Positions 7,997 through 18,095 of a DNA stretch of 64,000 nt are shown here, piece by piece. Each line of letters begins with the position of its first letter. Positions within the stretch are counted from its first letter, which is position 1. Where the stretch lies: assembly GCA_963663195.1 (NCBI GenBank), contig OY760136.1:1982300-2046299 (forward strand), written 5' to 3'. The notes beneath the pieces were generated by a model. That model worked only from the letters and a program-made list of their open reading frames with translations. It had not been told where the DNA came from and did not search any database. A program made the translations under genes and the position numbers. The DNA comes from Vicinamibacterales bacterium (lineage in GTDB: Bacteria; Acidobacteriota; Vicinamibacteria; Vicinamibacterales; UBA8438).

Positions 7997-9493
7997 ATGA
8001 CGGTCGCCGAGCTGGTGCGTCAGGCCGGCATCGAAGTAGATGCCGGACGCCGCACCGCTTCAGGCGTGCTGCTCGATCGCCCGGTGCGGCACGTGGCGTA
8101 TGACTCGCGAAAAATCGAACCCGGCGATCTCTTCGTCGCCATCAGCGGGCAGCGCCACGACGGCGCCGCGTTCGCGGAGGAGGCGGCGAATCGCGGCGCC
8201 GCGGCAATCGTCGCCGAAACCAGCGCACCGCCCGCTTTCAGCATGCCGTGGATCAGGGTGGCCGATGCCCGCGCCGCGCTGGCCGCGCTGGCCGCGAGCG
8301 CGTGGGGCCACCCGAGCCGGGATCTCGTTGTCGTCGGCACCACCGGGACGAACGGCAAGACGACCACCACGTACTTGCTGGAAGGGGTTTTCGAGGATGC
8401 CGGCTATCCGTGCGGGCGCGTGAGCTCAGTCTCGTACCGCGTAGCGGACGAGGAGGAGTCGGCGGCGCGCACGACGCCGGAGGCGCCGGATCTTCAGGCG
8501 CTGCTGCGGCGCATGGTCGAGCACCGCTGCCGGGCCTGCGCCATGGAAGTGTCATCGCATGCGCTGGCCCTGCGGCGCGTGGACGGCATCCGTTTCAGTG
8601 CGGCGGTGTTCACCAACCTGACCCACGACCATCTCGATTTTCACGGCGACATGGACGGCTACTACAAGGCCAAGCGGCGGCTGTTCGAGATGGTTGACGA
8701 GAAGGCGCCAACCGTTGTCAACGTCGATGACCCGTACGGGCGGCAACTGGCGTCGGAGGTGAAGCGGCCCTTCACCTACGCGATCGACACGGCGGCAGAC
8801 GTGCGGCCCGCGCGGATGGAGCTGTCCACGAAGGGCATCAAGCTCGACCTGAGCACGCCGCGCGGCGCGCTGAACCTGCAGTCCGGACTGATTGGCCGCA
8901 GCAACACATACAACATCCTGGCGGCCGCCGCGGCCGGCGCCGCGCTGGATCTGCCGTTGCGCGCGATCCACAGCGGCATCGCCGCGCTGACCCACGTACC
9001 CGGCCGCATGCAGGTCGCTTCGGGACCCGACGACGCGGTGACGGTCGTCGTCGACTTCGCCCACACCAGTGACGCCCTGCGCGGGCTGCTCGAGACGGCG
9101 CGTAGCCTGACGAGCGGACGCCTCGTGGCGGTATTCGGTTGCGGCGGTGATCGCGACACGGCGAAGCGTCCGCTGATGGGCGCGGTCGCGGGGCGCCTGG
9201 CCGACTTCGTAGTCGTGACGTCGGACAATCCGCGGTCGGAAGATCCGGCCCGCATCGCCGCCGACATAGCGCAGGGCAGCGCGGCCGGTCCGGCCCCGTA
9301 CGAGACCGTCCTCGATCGGGCGGGGGCCATCACGCAGGCGATCCGGGACGCGGACGACGGGGATGTGGTCGTCATAGCCGGCAAGGGGCACGAGCGGTAT
9401 CAGGAGTGCTCCGGACAGTACCTGCGGTTCGACGATATGGCCGTGGCGCGGCAGGCACTGGCCGGCCGGCGCGCCGGCATGCAGGCGGGATGA
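7997..9493 (+). CDS. murE: UDP-N-acetylmuramoyl-L-alanyl-D-glutamate--2,6-diaminopimelate ligase MurE
   Basis: ATG 7997 (MTVAELV). P-loop VVGTTGTNGKTTTTYLL. DNPR motif (VTSDNPRSEDP), consistent with a DAP-adding enzyme. Confidence 0.92.
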   Translation: MTVAELVRQAGIEVDAGRRTASGVLLDRPVRHVAYDSRKIEPGDLFVAISGQRHDGAAFAEEAANRGAAAIVAETSAPPAFSMPWIRVADARAALAALAASAWGHPSRDLVVVGTTGTNGKTTTTYLLEGVFEDAGYPCGRVSSVSYRVADEEESAARTTPEAPDLQALLRRMVEHRCRACAMEVSSHALALRRVDGIRFSAAVFTNLTHDHLDFHGDMDGYYKAKRRLFEMVDEKAPTVVNVDDPYGRQLASEVKRPFTYAIDTAADVRPARMELSTKGIKLDLSTPRGALNLQSGLIGRSNTYNILAAAAAGAALDLPLRAIHSGIAALTHVPGRMQVASGPDDAVTVVVDFAHTSDALRGLLETARSLTSGRLVAVFGCGGDRDTAKRPLMGAVAGRLADFVVVTSDNPRSEDPARIAADIAQGSAAGPAPYETVLDRAGAITQAIRDADDGDVVVIAGKGHERYQECSGQYLRFDDMAVARQALAGRRAGMQAG

Positions 9494-9502
9494 GGAACGA
9501 GA

Positions 9503-10918
9503 GTGCCGCAAGGCGGACCGTTGGCGCTTCGTGCGGACGAGACAGCCGCAGCGTGCGGCGGCCGCCTCGTTGCCGGACGCCCGGACGCACGTGTCACCGG
9601 GTTTGCGATCGACAGCCGGCGGGTCAGGCCGGGCGATGTATTTCTGGCGCTGCGGGGCGCGCGCTTCGACGGCCATCGTTTCGTGCCGGAAGCGCTGCGC
9701 AACGGCGCCGGGGGGGTGGTGGTCAGCGACCCTTCGGCGACGGGCGGCGATGCCGCGGCGGCCGGCGCGCCGCTCGTGATTGCCGTGCAGGACACGACCT
9801 GCGCTTTGCAACAGCTGGGCCGGTTCGTGCGCCGGCGGTCGGGCGCGCGGGTCGTCGCCATCACGGGGAGCGTGGGCAAGACCACGACCAAGGAGAACGT
9901 CGCGACGCTCCTGGCCGGTTCGTACAGGGTGTTCCGGAACGCCGGCAACCTGAACAACCACATCGGCCTGCCGCTGTCGTTGCTGGAATTGCGCCATGGA
10001 CCGGAAGTTGCGGTCGTCGAGTTGGGCATGAACCACGCCGGCGAGATCCGCACGCTCGTGAACATTGCCGAGCCCGACGTGCGGGTCTGGACGAATGTAG
10101 CCGAGGTTCACGCGGAGTTCTTCGATTCGATCGAAGCGATTGCGGACGCGAAGGCTGAAATCATGGAGGGGGCGACGGCGGTGACGCAGCTGGTGGCAAA
10201 CGCGGGCGACCCGCGCGTTATGGCGCGGGCGGCGGCGTTTCCCGGCACCGTGACCACGTTCGGCGTCGAGCGGGATGCGGACGTCAGCGCGCGGCGGGTG
10301 CGCTCACTCGGATTGGCGGGCATGGCGGCCACGATCGAATCGGCGGGCGCGTCGGTCGATGTGCGGACGCCGCTCCTCGGATACGGCCAGGTGGCGAACC
10401 TCGCGGCGGCGATCGCCGTGGCGCTGCGCTTTGACGTGCCGCTCGAACTGATCCCGGAGCGGGCTGCGCGCAGCGTTCCGCAGCCCGGTCGCGGACAGGT
10501 CGTCCGTCTGGGCGCGTTGACGGTTGTCGACGATACGTACAACTCCAGCCCGGTAGCGCTGCGCGCCGCCCTCGACGCCGTGGGCCGTGAGCGCGGCTGC
10601 CGCCGTCGAGTCGCCGTATTGGGCGAAATGCTCGAGCTTGGCGTCCGCTCCCCAGCACTGCACGAAGCGTGCGGCCGCGCCGCAGTCGAAGCCGGATTCG
10701 GCGTCTTGGTCGCGGTCGGCGGGCCGCCGGCCGCGGCGCTGGCCGCCGGCGCGCGCGCGGCGGGTCTCCCGGAATCGGCTGTCGCCACGTTCGAGACGAG
10801 CGCCGCGGCGGCCGGGCACGTGGCGGACATCGCGCGCGAAGGCGATGTCATCCTGGTCAAGGGCTCGCGCGGCATCGGCATGGACCGCGTCGTGGAGCGC
10901 CTGAAGGCGGAACGCTAG
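9503..10918 (+). CDS. murF: UDP-N-acetylmuramoyl-tripeptide--D-alanyl-D-alanine ligase MurF
   Basis: ITGSVGKTTTKE P-loop; Mur ligase architecture; cluster position. Confidence 0.92.
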   Translation: MPQGGPLALRADETAAACGGRLVAGRPDARVTGFAIDSRRVRPGDVFLALRGARFDGHRFVPEALRNGAGGVVVSDPSATGGDAAAAGAPLVIAVQDTTCALQQLGRFVRRRSGARVVAITGSVGKTTTKENVATLLAGSYRVFRNAGNLNNHIGLPLSLLELRHGPEVAVVELGMNHAGEIRTLVNIAEPDVRVWTNVAEVHAEFFDSIEAIADAKAEIMEGATAVTQLVANAGDPRVMARAAAFPGTVTTFGVERDADVSARRVRSLGLAGMAATIESAGASVDVRTPLLGYGQVANLAAAIAVALRFDVPLELIPERAARSVPQPGRGQVVRLGALTVVDDTYNSSPVALRAALDAVGRERGCRRRVAVLGEMLELGVRSPALHEACGRAAVEAGFGVLVAVGGPPAAALAAGARAAGLPESAVATFETSAAAAGHVADIAREGDVILVKGSRGIGMDRVVERLKAER

Positions 10919-12003
10919 TGCTCTATCACCTGCTGTATCCGCTGCACACCGAGTTGTCGGTGCTGAACGTCGTGCAATACATCACGTTCCGCACCGGCGC
11001 GGCCAGCCTGACGGCGTTTGTATTCACCCTGGTCCTCGGTCCGCCCTTGATCCGTTATCTGCGCTCGGTCCAGATCGGCCAGGTCATCCGTGACGACGGG
11101 CCGCGGAGCCACCGGACCAAGGAAGGCACCCCCACCATGGGGGGCGTATTGATACTGGGCGCCGCCATCCTGCCAACGCTGCTGTGGGTCGACCTGCGCA
11201 ACGCGTATGTCTGGATAGCGGTGCTGTCGACACTGGCGTTCGGCATGATCGGTTTCCTCGACGATTACCTCAAGGTAACCCGCGGATCGCATCACGGGCT
11301 GTGGCCAAGGCACAAGGCCGCGTTGCAGAGCGTGGTCGGCGCGGCGGTCGGGATCGCGCTGATCGTGCTTACCGAGCAGGGGCTCTACAGCACGCAGCTC
11401 GTCTTCCCGTTCTTCGAGGGGCTGTTGGTCGAGCTGGGGTGGTTATACGTGCCCTTCGCCATGCTGGTACTGGTTGGCGCGTCCAACGCCGTGAACCTGA
11501 CCGACGGCCTGGACGGGCTGGCGATCGGCGTGTTTACGGTAGCCGCGGTCGCCTTCACGGCGTTGTCGTACGTGGCCGGACACGCCGTCTTCGCCGACTA
11601 CCTGCTCCTGCTGCGCTTTCCGCCGGCCGGGGAACTCTCGGTGTTTTGCGGCGCGCTGGTGGGAGCCGGGTTGGGATTCCTTTGGTACAACTCCTATCCC
11701 GCCGAAATCTTCATGGGCGACGTCGGCGCGCTGGCGCTGGGCGGCGCGCTGGGCACCGTCGCCCTGCTGATCAAGCAGGAGCTGTTGCTGCCGATCGTGG
11801 GTGCGGTGTTCGTCATCGAGTGTCTGTCCGTGATCATCCAGGTCGGCTCTTACAAGCTGACGGGCCAGCGCGTATTCAAGATGGCGCCGCTGCACCACCA
11901 CTGCGAATTGATCGGATGGAGCGAGCCGAAGGTGATCAGCCGATTCATGATCCTGGCGATCGTGTTCGCGCTGTTCAGCCTGACGACACTGAAGCTCAGA
12001 TGA
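10918..12003 (+). CDS. mraY: Phospho-N-acetylmuramoyl-pentapeptide transferase MraY
   Basis: GTG 10918 overlaps the murF TAG. VLYHLLYPLHTELSVLNVVQYITFRTG..., NAVNLTDGLDGLA and MAPLHHHCEL motifs. Confidence 0.92.
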   Translation: MLYHLLYPLHTELSVLNVVQYITFRTGAASLTAFVFTLVLGPPLIRYLRSVQIGQVIRDDGPRSHRTKEGTPTMGGVLILGAAILPTLLWVDLRNAYVWIAVLSTLAFGMIGFLDDYLKVTRGSHHGLWPRHKAALQSVVGAAVGIALIVLTEQGLYSTQLVFPFFEGLLVELGWLYVPFAMLVLVGASNAVNLTDGLDGLAIGVFTVAAVAFTALSYVAGHAVFADYLLLLRFPPAGELSVFCGALVGAGLGFLWYNSYPAEIFMGDVGALALGGALGTVALLIKQELLLPIVGAVFVIECLSVIIQVGSYKLTGQRVFKMAPLHHHCELIGWSEPKVISRFMILAIVFALFSLTTLKLR

Positions 12004-13385
12004 TGCCGGAACACGACCCGTCCACGTTCTCCGTCGCCGGCGCCCACGTCGTCGTGGTGGGCGCCGCGCGCAGCGGCATCGCTGCGGCCGAGCTGCTGGC
12101 CCGCCGCGGGGCGCGAGTCACGTTGACGGAGACGCGGGAAATCCTCGAGGCGCTGCCGCGCCTGCGCGCGGCGGGCGTGGCGGTGGAGCTGGGTGGACAT
12201 CGGGCGGAGACCCTCGCCCGCGCAGAGCTCGTGGTGCTCAGTCCGGGCGTATCGCCGCGGCAGCCGGTGATCGACGATGTCCGGCGCGGCGGCACGCCGG
12301 TCATCAGCGAGGTCGAGCTGGCCGCGCGCTGGCTGCGCGGTCCAATCGTGGCGGTGACGGGCACCAAGGGCAAGTCGACGACCACCCAGCTGACGGGTCG
12401 CATGTTCGACGCCGATGGGCGCCCGGCGCTGGTTGGCGGCAATATCGGGACGGCGCTCAGCAGCCAGGTGGAGTCCTCGTCCCCCGACGTGGTGCACGTC
12501 GTCGAGGTCAGCAGCTTTCAACTCGAGCTCACGCGCACGTTTCATCCCCGCATTGCGGTGTTGTTGAACCTGGCGCCCGACCACATCGATCGTCACGGCA
12601 GCTTTCAGGAGTATGCGGCGGCCAAGGCGCGTATCTTCGCCAACCAGACGGGCGACGACACGATGGTCATAAACGCGGACGATCCGCTGGTCCTGGAGTT
12701 GGCGCGCCGCGGCCGGGCCCGACCGCTGCGCTTCGGCGTCAGCGCGCCGATCGACGACGGTGTGCTGGTGGCCGGCGGCTCGGTAGTGCGCCGTTCGCCG
12801 CGGGGCGACCGCTCGCTGCTGCCGCTCTCGGCGGTTCGGATTCCCGGCCGGCATCTGTTGAGCGATGTGCTCGCGGCATCGGCCGCAGCCTGCGCGGCGG
12901 GCGTCTCGTCCGGCGCAATCGAGCGTGCGGTGCGCGCATTCGGCGGATCCGAACACACGCTGGAGGCGGCCGGCGAAGTCGGCGGCGTCCGCTTCGTGAA
13001 CGACTCGAAGGCGACGAATGTACTTGCGGCGCGCGCCGCGATCGAATGTTTCGACCGGGATGTCGTCGTCATCCTGGGCGGACGGTTCAAGGGCGGCGAC
13101 CTTGCCGAGTTGGCCGGCCCGCTGGCAGCGCGCGCACGCGCCGTGGTGGCCATCGGAGAAGCGCGCGAGCATATCCGCGCGGTGCTGGGCACGAGCGTAA
13201 GCGTGACCGAGGCGCTGACGCTGCGGGCAGCCGTGCGGGCGGCCCATGCCCTGGCCCGCGGCGCGGGCACGGTGCTGCTGGCGCCGGCGTGCGCAAGCCT
13301 GGACATGTTCAGCGACTACGCAGAGCGGGGGCGGGTATTCAAGGAGGAAGTGGCGCGACTGGCGCAGGATTCGGCGGCAACGTGA
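12000..13385 (+). CDS. murD: UDP-N-acetylmuramoylalanine--D-glutamate ligase MurD
   Basis: ATG 12000 overlaps the mraY TGA. Rossmann VVVVGAARSGIAAAELL. P-loop VTGTKGKSTTTQL. Confidence 0.92.
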   Translation: MMPEHDPSTFSVAGAHVVVVGAARSGIAAAELLARRGARVTLTETREILEALPRLRAAGVAVELGGHRAETLARAELVVLSPGVSPRQPVIDDVRRGGTPVISEVELAARWLRGPIVAVTGTKGKSTTTQLTGRMFDADGRPALVGGNIGTALSSQVESSSPDVVHVVEVSSFQLELTRTFHPRIAVLLNLAPDHIDRHGSFQEYAAAKARIFANQTGDDTMVINADDPLVLELARRGRARPLRFGVSAPIDDGVLVAGGSVVRRSPRGDRSLLPLSAVRIPGRHLLSDVLAASAAACAAGVSSGAIERAVRAFGGSEHTLEAAGEVGGVRFVNDSKATNVLAARAAIECFDRDVVVILGGRFKGGDLAELAGPLAARARAVVAIGEAREHIRAVLGTSVSVTEALTLRAAVRAAHALARGAGTVLLAPACASLDMFSDYAERGRVFKEEVARLAQDSAAT

Positions 13386-13513
13386 GCAGTGAGCAGTCAT
13401 CAACCGGGCCGCGGCGGTAGAGAGCCGGCCGCTGGGAGCGCAGCCCGGGCGACCCCGGTCTGCGAGGCTGGCGTCTCCACCCCGAGCCTGGTTGATGACT
13501 GCTGACGGCTCAC
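13382..13513. repeat. Palindromic element (family 3) in the murD-ftsW spacer
   Basis: Arms GTGAGCAGTGAGCAGTCATCAACC (13382-13405) and GGTTGATGACTGCTGACGGCTCAC (13490-13513) are 22/24 complementary and flank about 84 nt. The murD stop TGA (13383-13385) lies in the left arm. Confidence 0.7.
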
Positions 13514-13585
13514 GGACGGGGGGTACAGAGCGTATCGGTCGCGGAGACCGCACGCTGTAGCCCGCGACGACGCAAGGCGGCGAGC

Positions 13586-14686
13586 ATGGCACGGAAACTG
13601 AAATCGGACAAGCTGTTGTTTCTGGCCATTCTGTTGCTGGCCTGCACCAGCGTCGTCATGGTCTACAGCGCGTCAGCCGTGCTGGCCATGGACCAGTTCG
13701 ATCAGCCCTACTTCTTCCTGTTCAGGCAGGCGGTGTGGATCGTGCTCGGGATGGGCCTGCTGCTGGTGGCGAGCCAGGTGGACTACCGCCGCCTGCGGTT
13801 GTCCGCGGTCATCTGGACCGTCCTGGCCGTGACCGTGGCGGCGCTGGTCGCGGTGCTATTCGGCCAGCCCATCAACGGGACGCGGCGTTGGCTAGGCATC
13901 GCCGGGCTGGGCGTCCAGCCGTCGGAGTTCGCCAAGTTGGCAGCCATCCTGTTCTCGGCGGCGATTCTCGAGCGCCGGATGCACCGCATCAACGACATCG
14001 GATTCTCGTTGCCGCCGATCGCGGTGATGACCGGCGTGATCAGCGCGCTGATTCTGCTCGAGCCCGACTTCGGCACTGCGCTGGTGCTGATGCTGATAGT
14101 CGGCGCCATGGTCTTCGCCGCCGGTCTCAGCTACCAGTACCTGTTCGGGGTGGCGGTCGCGTTGCTGCCGCTCCTGTATGTCGTGCTGACGAGCGCCGAG
14201 TACCGCCGCCGACGCATGCTCGCGTTCCTCGATCCCTGGGACGATCCGCTCGGCGACGGATTTCAGCTCATCCAGGCGCAGATCGCGGTCGGCACGGGCG
14301 GCGTGTTCGGCCAGGGGTTGATGGCCGGCGTACAGAAGCTGTTCTACCTGCCGTACCCGCATACCGACTTCATCTACGCCGTCATCGCCGAGGAGACGGG
14401 CCTGATTGGCGCGTCGATCATTCTGCTGTGCTTCTGCGTGATTGCCTGGCGCGGCTTCCGCGTGGCGGCGCTGGCGCCCGACCGCTTCGGGGCGTTGCTG
14501 GCGGTGGGGCTGACAACGATGGTCGCGCTGCAGGCGTTCGTCAACATCAGCGTGGTGCTCGGCCTCGTGCCCACCAAGGGGATTCCGCTGCCGCTCGTCA
14601 GCGCTGGCGGATCGTCGTTGCTCGTGAGTCTGGTGAGTATGGGAATCCTGCTGAACATTTCGCAGCATGCGTCGGCGGAGACATGA
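13586..14686 (+). CDS. ftsW: Peptidoglycan glycosyltransferase FtsW (SEDS family)
   Basis: Ten-TM SEDS protein, QPSEFAKL and PLPLVSAGGSSL motifs, position between murD and murG. Confidence 0.9.
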   Translation: MARKLKSDKLLFLAILLLACTSVVMVYSASAVLAMDQFDQPYFFLFRQAVWIVLGMGLLLVASQVDYRRLRLSAVIWTVLAVTVAALVAVLFGQPINGTRRWLGIAGLGVQPSEFAKLAAILFSAAILERRMHRINDIGFSLPPIAVMTGVISALILLEPDFGTALVLMLIVGAMVFAAGLSYQYLFGVAVALLPLLYVVLTSAEYRRRRMLAFLDPWDDPLGDGFQLIQAQIAVGTGGVFGQGLMAGVQKLFYLPYPHTDFIYAVIAEETGLIGASIILLCFCVIAWRGFRVAALAPDRFGALLAVGLTTMVALQAFVNISVVLGLVPTKGIPLPLVSAGGSSLLVSLVSMGILLNISQHASAET

Positions 14687-14716
14687 GGTCTGCCGCTGAC
14701 CGGGAGCCAGTCGTAG

Positions 14717-15823
14717 ATGTCGAGCGTTCCAGTGCGGGTCCTGTTTGCCGGCGGTGGCACGGGCGGGCATCTGTTTCCGGGCATCGCGGTTGCGTCCGAG
14801 CTGTGCCGCCGCCATCCGTCTGCTCAGGTCGTTTTTGCCGGCAGCGGCAAGGCGCTCGAAGCGCGCGTGGTGGAGCGGGCCGGATTCGCATTCGATCACA
14901 TCCGTACGCGCGGGTTGGTCGGGCAGTCGGCCGGCAGCTTGCTGCGCGGTCTGGCGCTGCTGCCGGTCAGCATGTTCGATGCCGCGGCGCTCGTTCGGCG
15001 GCACGCGCCCGGGCTGGTGATCGGGCTCGGGGGCTACAGTTCGGGCCCCATCGTGCTATGGGCCGCCTTGCGTGGCCTGCCGACCATGTTGCTGGAGCAG
15101 AATGCCGTGCCGGGCGTGACCAACCGCATCCTCGCGCGCGTCGTGCGGGCGGCGGGCGTTGCGTCGGAGGCGACGCTGCCGTACTTCGCCGGACGTGGAT
15201 TCGTGAGCGGCAATCCGGTACGCGCCGCGTTCTTTGGAGCGCAGCATCCGAACGGGGAAGCGCAATCCGATGAGGTGCGCGTGCTGGTGATCGGCGGTTC
15301 GCAGGGCGCCCACTCGATCAACGTCGCCATGGTGGAGGCAGCGCGCTCCATTGCGCATTCGCCGCGGCCGATTCGCCTGACGCATCAGGCCGGGGAGCGC
15401 GACCTGGAGCTCGTGCGCGAGGGTTACCGCGCGGCCGGCCTCGAGGTGCGCGTCGAGCCGTTCCTGGAGGAGATGGACCGCGAAATGGCGGCCGCGCAAC
15501 TGGTCGTGTGCCGTGCGGGAGCGACCACGCTGGCGGAGTTGGCGGCGGCGGGCCGCCCCGCCGTGCTCGTGCCGTTCGGCCGCGCCGCAAACGACCATCA
15601 GCGGCGCAACGCGGCAGCGGTGGAGGCGGCCGGCGCGGCGGAGGTTGTCGACGAGCGGGAGCTGTCCGGCGGCGCGCTCGGAGCGCGGGTCGTGGCGCTG
15701 GCGTCGGATCCCGACCGGCGCGCCGCGCTGGCCGCCGCAAGCCGCAAGCTGGCGCGACCGGACGCGGCGGACGCCGTCGTCGACCGGATGGAAGAGTTGC
15801 TCGCACTGAGGGATGAGCGCTGA
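14717..15823 (+). CDS. murG: UDP-GlcNAc:lipid I N-acetylglucosamine transferase MurG
   Basis: FAGGGTGGHLFPGIAVASEL N-terminal glycine loop; GT28 C-terminal domain. Confidence 0.92.
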   Translation: MSSVPVRVLFAGGGTGGHLFPGIAVASELCRRHPSAQVVFAGSGKALEARVVERAGFAFDHIRTRGLVGQSAGSLLRGLALLPVSMFDAAALVRRHAPGLVIGLGGYSSGPIVLWAALRGLPTMLLEQNAVPGVTNRILARVVRAAGVASEATLPYFAGRGFVSGNPVRAAFFGAQHPNGEAQSDEVRVLVIGGSQGAHSINVAMVEAARSIAHSPRPIRLTHQAGERDLELVREGYRAAGLEVRVEPFLEEMDREMAAAQLVVCRAGATTLAELAAAGRPAVLVPFGRAANDHQRRNAAAVEAAGAAEVVDERELSGGALGARVVALASDPDRRAALAAASRKLARPDAADAVVDRMEELLALRDER

Positions 15824-15825
15824 CG

Positions 15826-17253
15826 TTGCGAGGCGTGATCGGGCCGGGAACACGTGTCCACTTCGTGGGCGTGGGCGGCAGCGGGATGAGCGGAATCGCC
15901 GAGTTGCTCGTGCATCTCGGTTGCCGGGTGAGCGGTTCGGATCTGCGCCGCAGCGCCGTAACGGATCGGTTGGAGGGGTTGGGCGTGCGCTTTGATGACC
16001 GCCACGCAACGCGCCATGTTGAAGGTGCGGATCTCGTCGTGTTTTCGACCGCCGTACCGCCTGACAATCCGGAACGGCAGGCGGCGGTCCGCGACGGCAT
16101 CCCGGTAGTGCAGCGGGGTGAGATGCTGGCGCAACTGGCGGATTCCAAGCGTGGCGTGGCCGTGGCCGGTTCACACGGCAAGACGACGACGGCAGCCATG
16201 GTGGCCCTGGTCCTGGTGGCGTCCGGCCTCGATCCGACGGTAGTCATTGGTGGCACCCTGCGGGCGTTCGACAGCGGCGCCCGCGCGGGTCGTGGGCCGT
16301 TCATGGTGGTGGAGGCGGATGAGAGCGACCGTTCGTTCCTCAAGCTGGCGCCGGAAGTGGCGGTGCTGACAAATCTCGACGAGGAGCATCTGGACGCGTA
16401 TGCCGGGATGGCGGATCTCGAAGACGCATTCGTGCGTTTCACCGAGCGGGTGCCGGCCGGCGGTTGCATCGTGGCGTGCACCGACGACCCCGGGTTGCGA
16501 CGACTGTTGCCGCGCGTGCAGGCCGGCGCCGCACGGCGCGGCGTCGACGTCCTGGCCTATGGGACAGAGGACGCGGCGCCTGGCATATTCGCCCACCAGG
16601 CGGCACTCGACGCATCCGGTTCGACGTCCCGCGTGCGGGTATCCGGCGGGGGAGACGCGGACTGCGAACTGCGCCTCGCGGTGCCGGGACTGCACAACCT
16701 GCGGAACGCGCTGGCCGCGGTTGCGGCAGGCATGCACTTCGACGTGCCGCCCCGCGCCGCCGCCGCGGCCCTGGCGCGCTTTCGCGGCGCCGAGCGGCGC
16801 CTCGAATTCCATGGAGAGGTTGGCGGCGTTACGGTCATCGACGACTACGGCCATCATCCCACCGAGATCGAGGCGGTACTCGAGGCCGTCAGGCTGCGCG
16901 CGCCCAGGCGCGTCCACGTCGTATTTCAGCCGCATCGGTACAGCCGGACGATCCGTCTGCTGGAGCGGTTCGGCGCGGTCCTCGCCACGGCCGACAGTGT
17001 GTTGCTCGCGGAGGTCTACGCCGCGGGCGAGACGCCCATCCCGGGAGCGACCGCCGCGGCGGTCGCCGCGGCGGTCAATCGTGCATCGCGGACGCCCGTG
17101 CGAGTGGTCGGTTCGCTGGATCTGATTCCGGCGCTTGTCGCGGCCGAGGCGCGTGCCGGGGACGTCGTGGTGACACTGGGGGCCGGGTCGATTGCGGCGG
17201 TCCCCGCGCAGATCCTGAAAGCGCTGCGTCGCGAGACTGGAGAGGAAGCATGA
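15826..17253 (+). CDS. murC: UDP-N-acetylmuramate--L-alanine ligase MurC
   Basis: HFVGVGGSGMSGIAELL; P-loop VAGSHGKTTTAAMV; TTG start 2 nt after the murG stop. Confidence 0.92.
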   Translation: MRGVIGPGTRVHFVGVGGSGMSGIAELLVHLGCRVSGSDLRRSAVTDRLEGLGVRFDDRHATRHVEGADLVVFSTAVPPDNPERQAAVRDGIPVVQRGEMLAQLADSKRGVAVAGSHGKTTTAAMVALVLVASGLDPTVVIGGTLRAFDSGARAGRGPFMVVEADESDRSFLKLAPEVAVLTNLDEEHLDAYAGMADLEDAFVRFTERVPAGGCIVACTDDPGLRRLLPRVQAGAARRGVDVLAYGTEDAAPGIFAHQAALDASGSTSRVRVSGGGDADCELRLAVPGLHNLRNALAAVAAGMHFDVPPRAAAAALARFRGAERRLEFHGEVGGVTVIDDYGHHPTEIEAVLEAVRLRAPRRVHVVFQPHRYSRTIRLLERFGAVLATADSVLLAEVYAAGETPIPGATAAAVAAAVNRASRTPVRVVGSLDLIPALVAAEARAGDVVVTLGAGSIAAVPAQILKALRRETGEEA

Positions 17254-18071
17254 CGGCCGTGCAGCTGCAGGCGGACAAGCGTTTTCGGCGCGCGCGCGTA
17301 CAACCGGTGCGCCGGCGATCCCTTGCGGTGTCGGCCCGCACCGCGCGGTTGCTGCTGGCGTGCGCCGTGATTGCGATCGGCATGCATCAGGGGCCGCAGT
17401 TTCTCAGCGGTTCCGATCTCCTGCGTGTCGAGCACGTCACCGTCAAGGGCAACCGCTACCTGTCCCAGGGAGAAGTGCTGGCGCTCCTCGACCGCATGCA
17501 CGGCGAGAACATTCTCGAGATCGACCTGGAGGCCCACCGCCGACGGTTGCTCACATCCGGATGGGTGCGGGGCGCGACATTGCGGCGGCTATTGCCGTCT
17601 ACCATTGAAGTAGTTGTCACCGAGCGGAAACCGGTTGGTCTGGTGCGCCTGGCGACGCAGCTGTATCTCATCGATGCCACGGGGACCCTCATTGACGAGT
17701 ACCGGCCGCAATTCGCCGATCTCCGACTGCCGGTGATCGATGGCCTGCGGATGCGGAACGCACGCGGATCGGCGGTGGATCGGGCGCGCTCGCGACTCGT
17801 GGCGCGCCTGATGGGCGCCCTCGAGGCGCGGCCCGACCTGTCCGGACTCGTGTCCCAGATCGACGTGACCGATGCGTCGGACGCCGTCGTGCTGCTGAGC
17901 GATGACCCGACCCTGCTGCACCTCGGCGGTGAGCAGTTCGTAGAGCGGCTGGACCGGTATCTCGATCTGGCACAGGCCCTGCGGGCCTCCGTGCCGGACA
18001 TTGACTACGTCGACTTGCGATACGAGAAACGCGTATACGTTCGCCCGGCCAGCGACGGATACGCGGAGTGA
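17250..18071 (+). CDS. ftsQ: Cell division protein FtsQ (POTRA domain)
   Basis: ATG 17250 overlaps the murC stop (ATGA). TM segment LLLACAVIAIG, then POTRA (VEHVTVKGNRYLSQGEVLALL). The upstream part of ORF 16464-18071 lies inside murC. Confidence 0.85.
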   Translation: MTAVQLQADKRFRRARVQPVRRRSLAVSARTARLLLACAVIAIGMHQGPQFLSGSDLLRVEHVTVKGNRYLSQGEVLALLDRMHGENILEIDLEAHRRRLLTSGWVRGATLRRLLPSTIEVVVTERKPVGLVRLATQLYLIDATGTLIDEYRPQFADLRLPVIDGLRMRNARGSAVDRARSRLVARLMGALEARPDLSGLVSQIDVTDASDAVVLLSDDPTLLHLGGEQFVERLDRYLDLAQALRASVPDIDYVDLRYEKRVYVRPASDGYAE

Positions 18072-18095
18072 CCACCTGAGGGAGGCGGAGGACGC

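Noticed and set aside
8552-10111. 519-aa minus-strand ORF antisense to murE/murF. Similar long antisense ORFs: 4800-6143, 11850-13592, 13892-15004, 15056-16174, 15318-16481 and 17589-18572.
   Set aside because: They lie entirely inside well-supported dcw genes on the other strand. They are Arg/Pro/Gly/Ala-rich with no recognisable motifs. Long stop-free antisense frames are expected in DNA this GC-rich.
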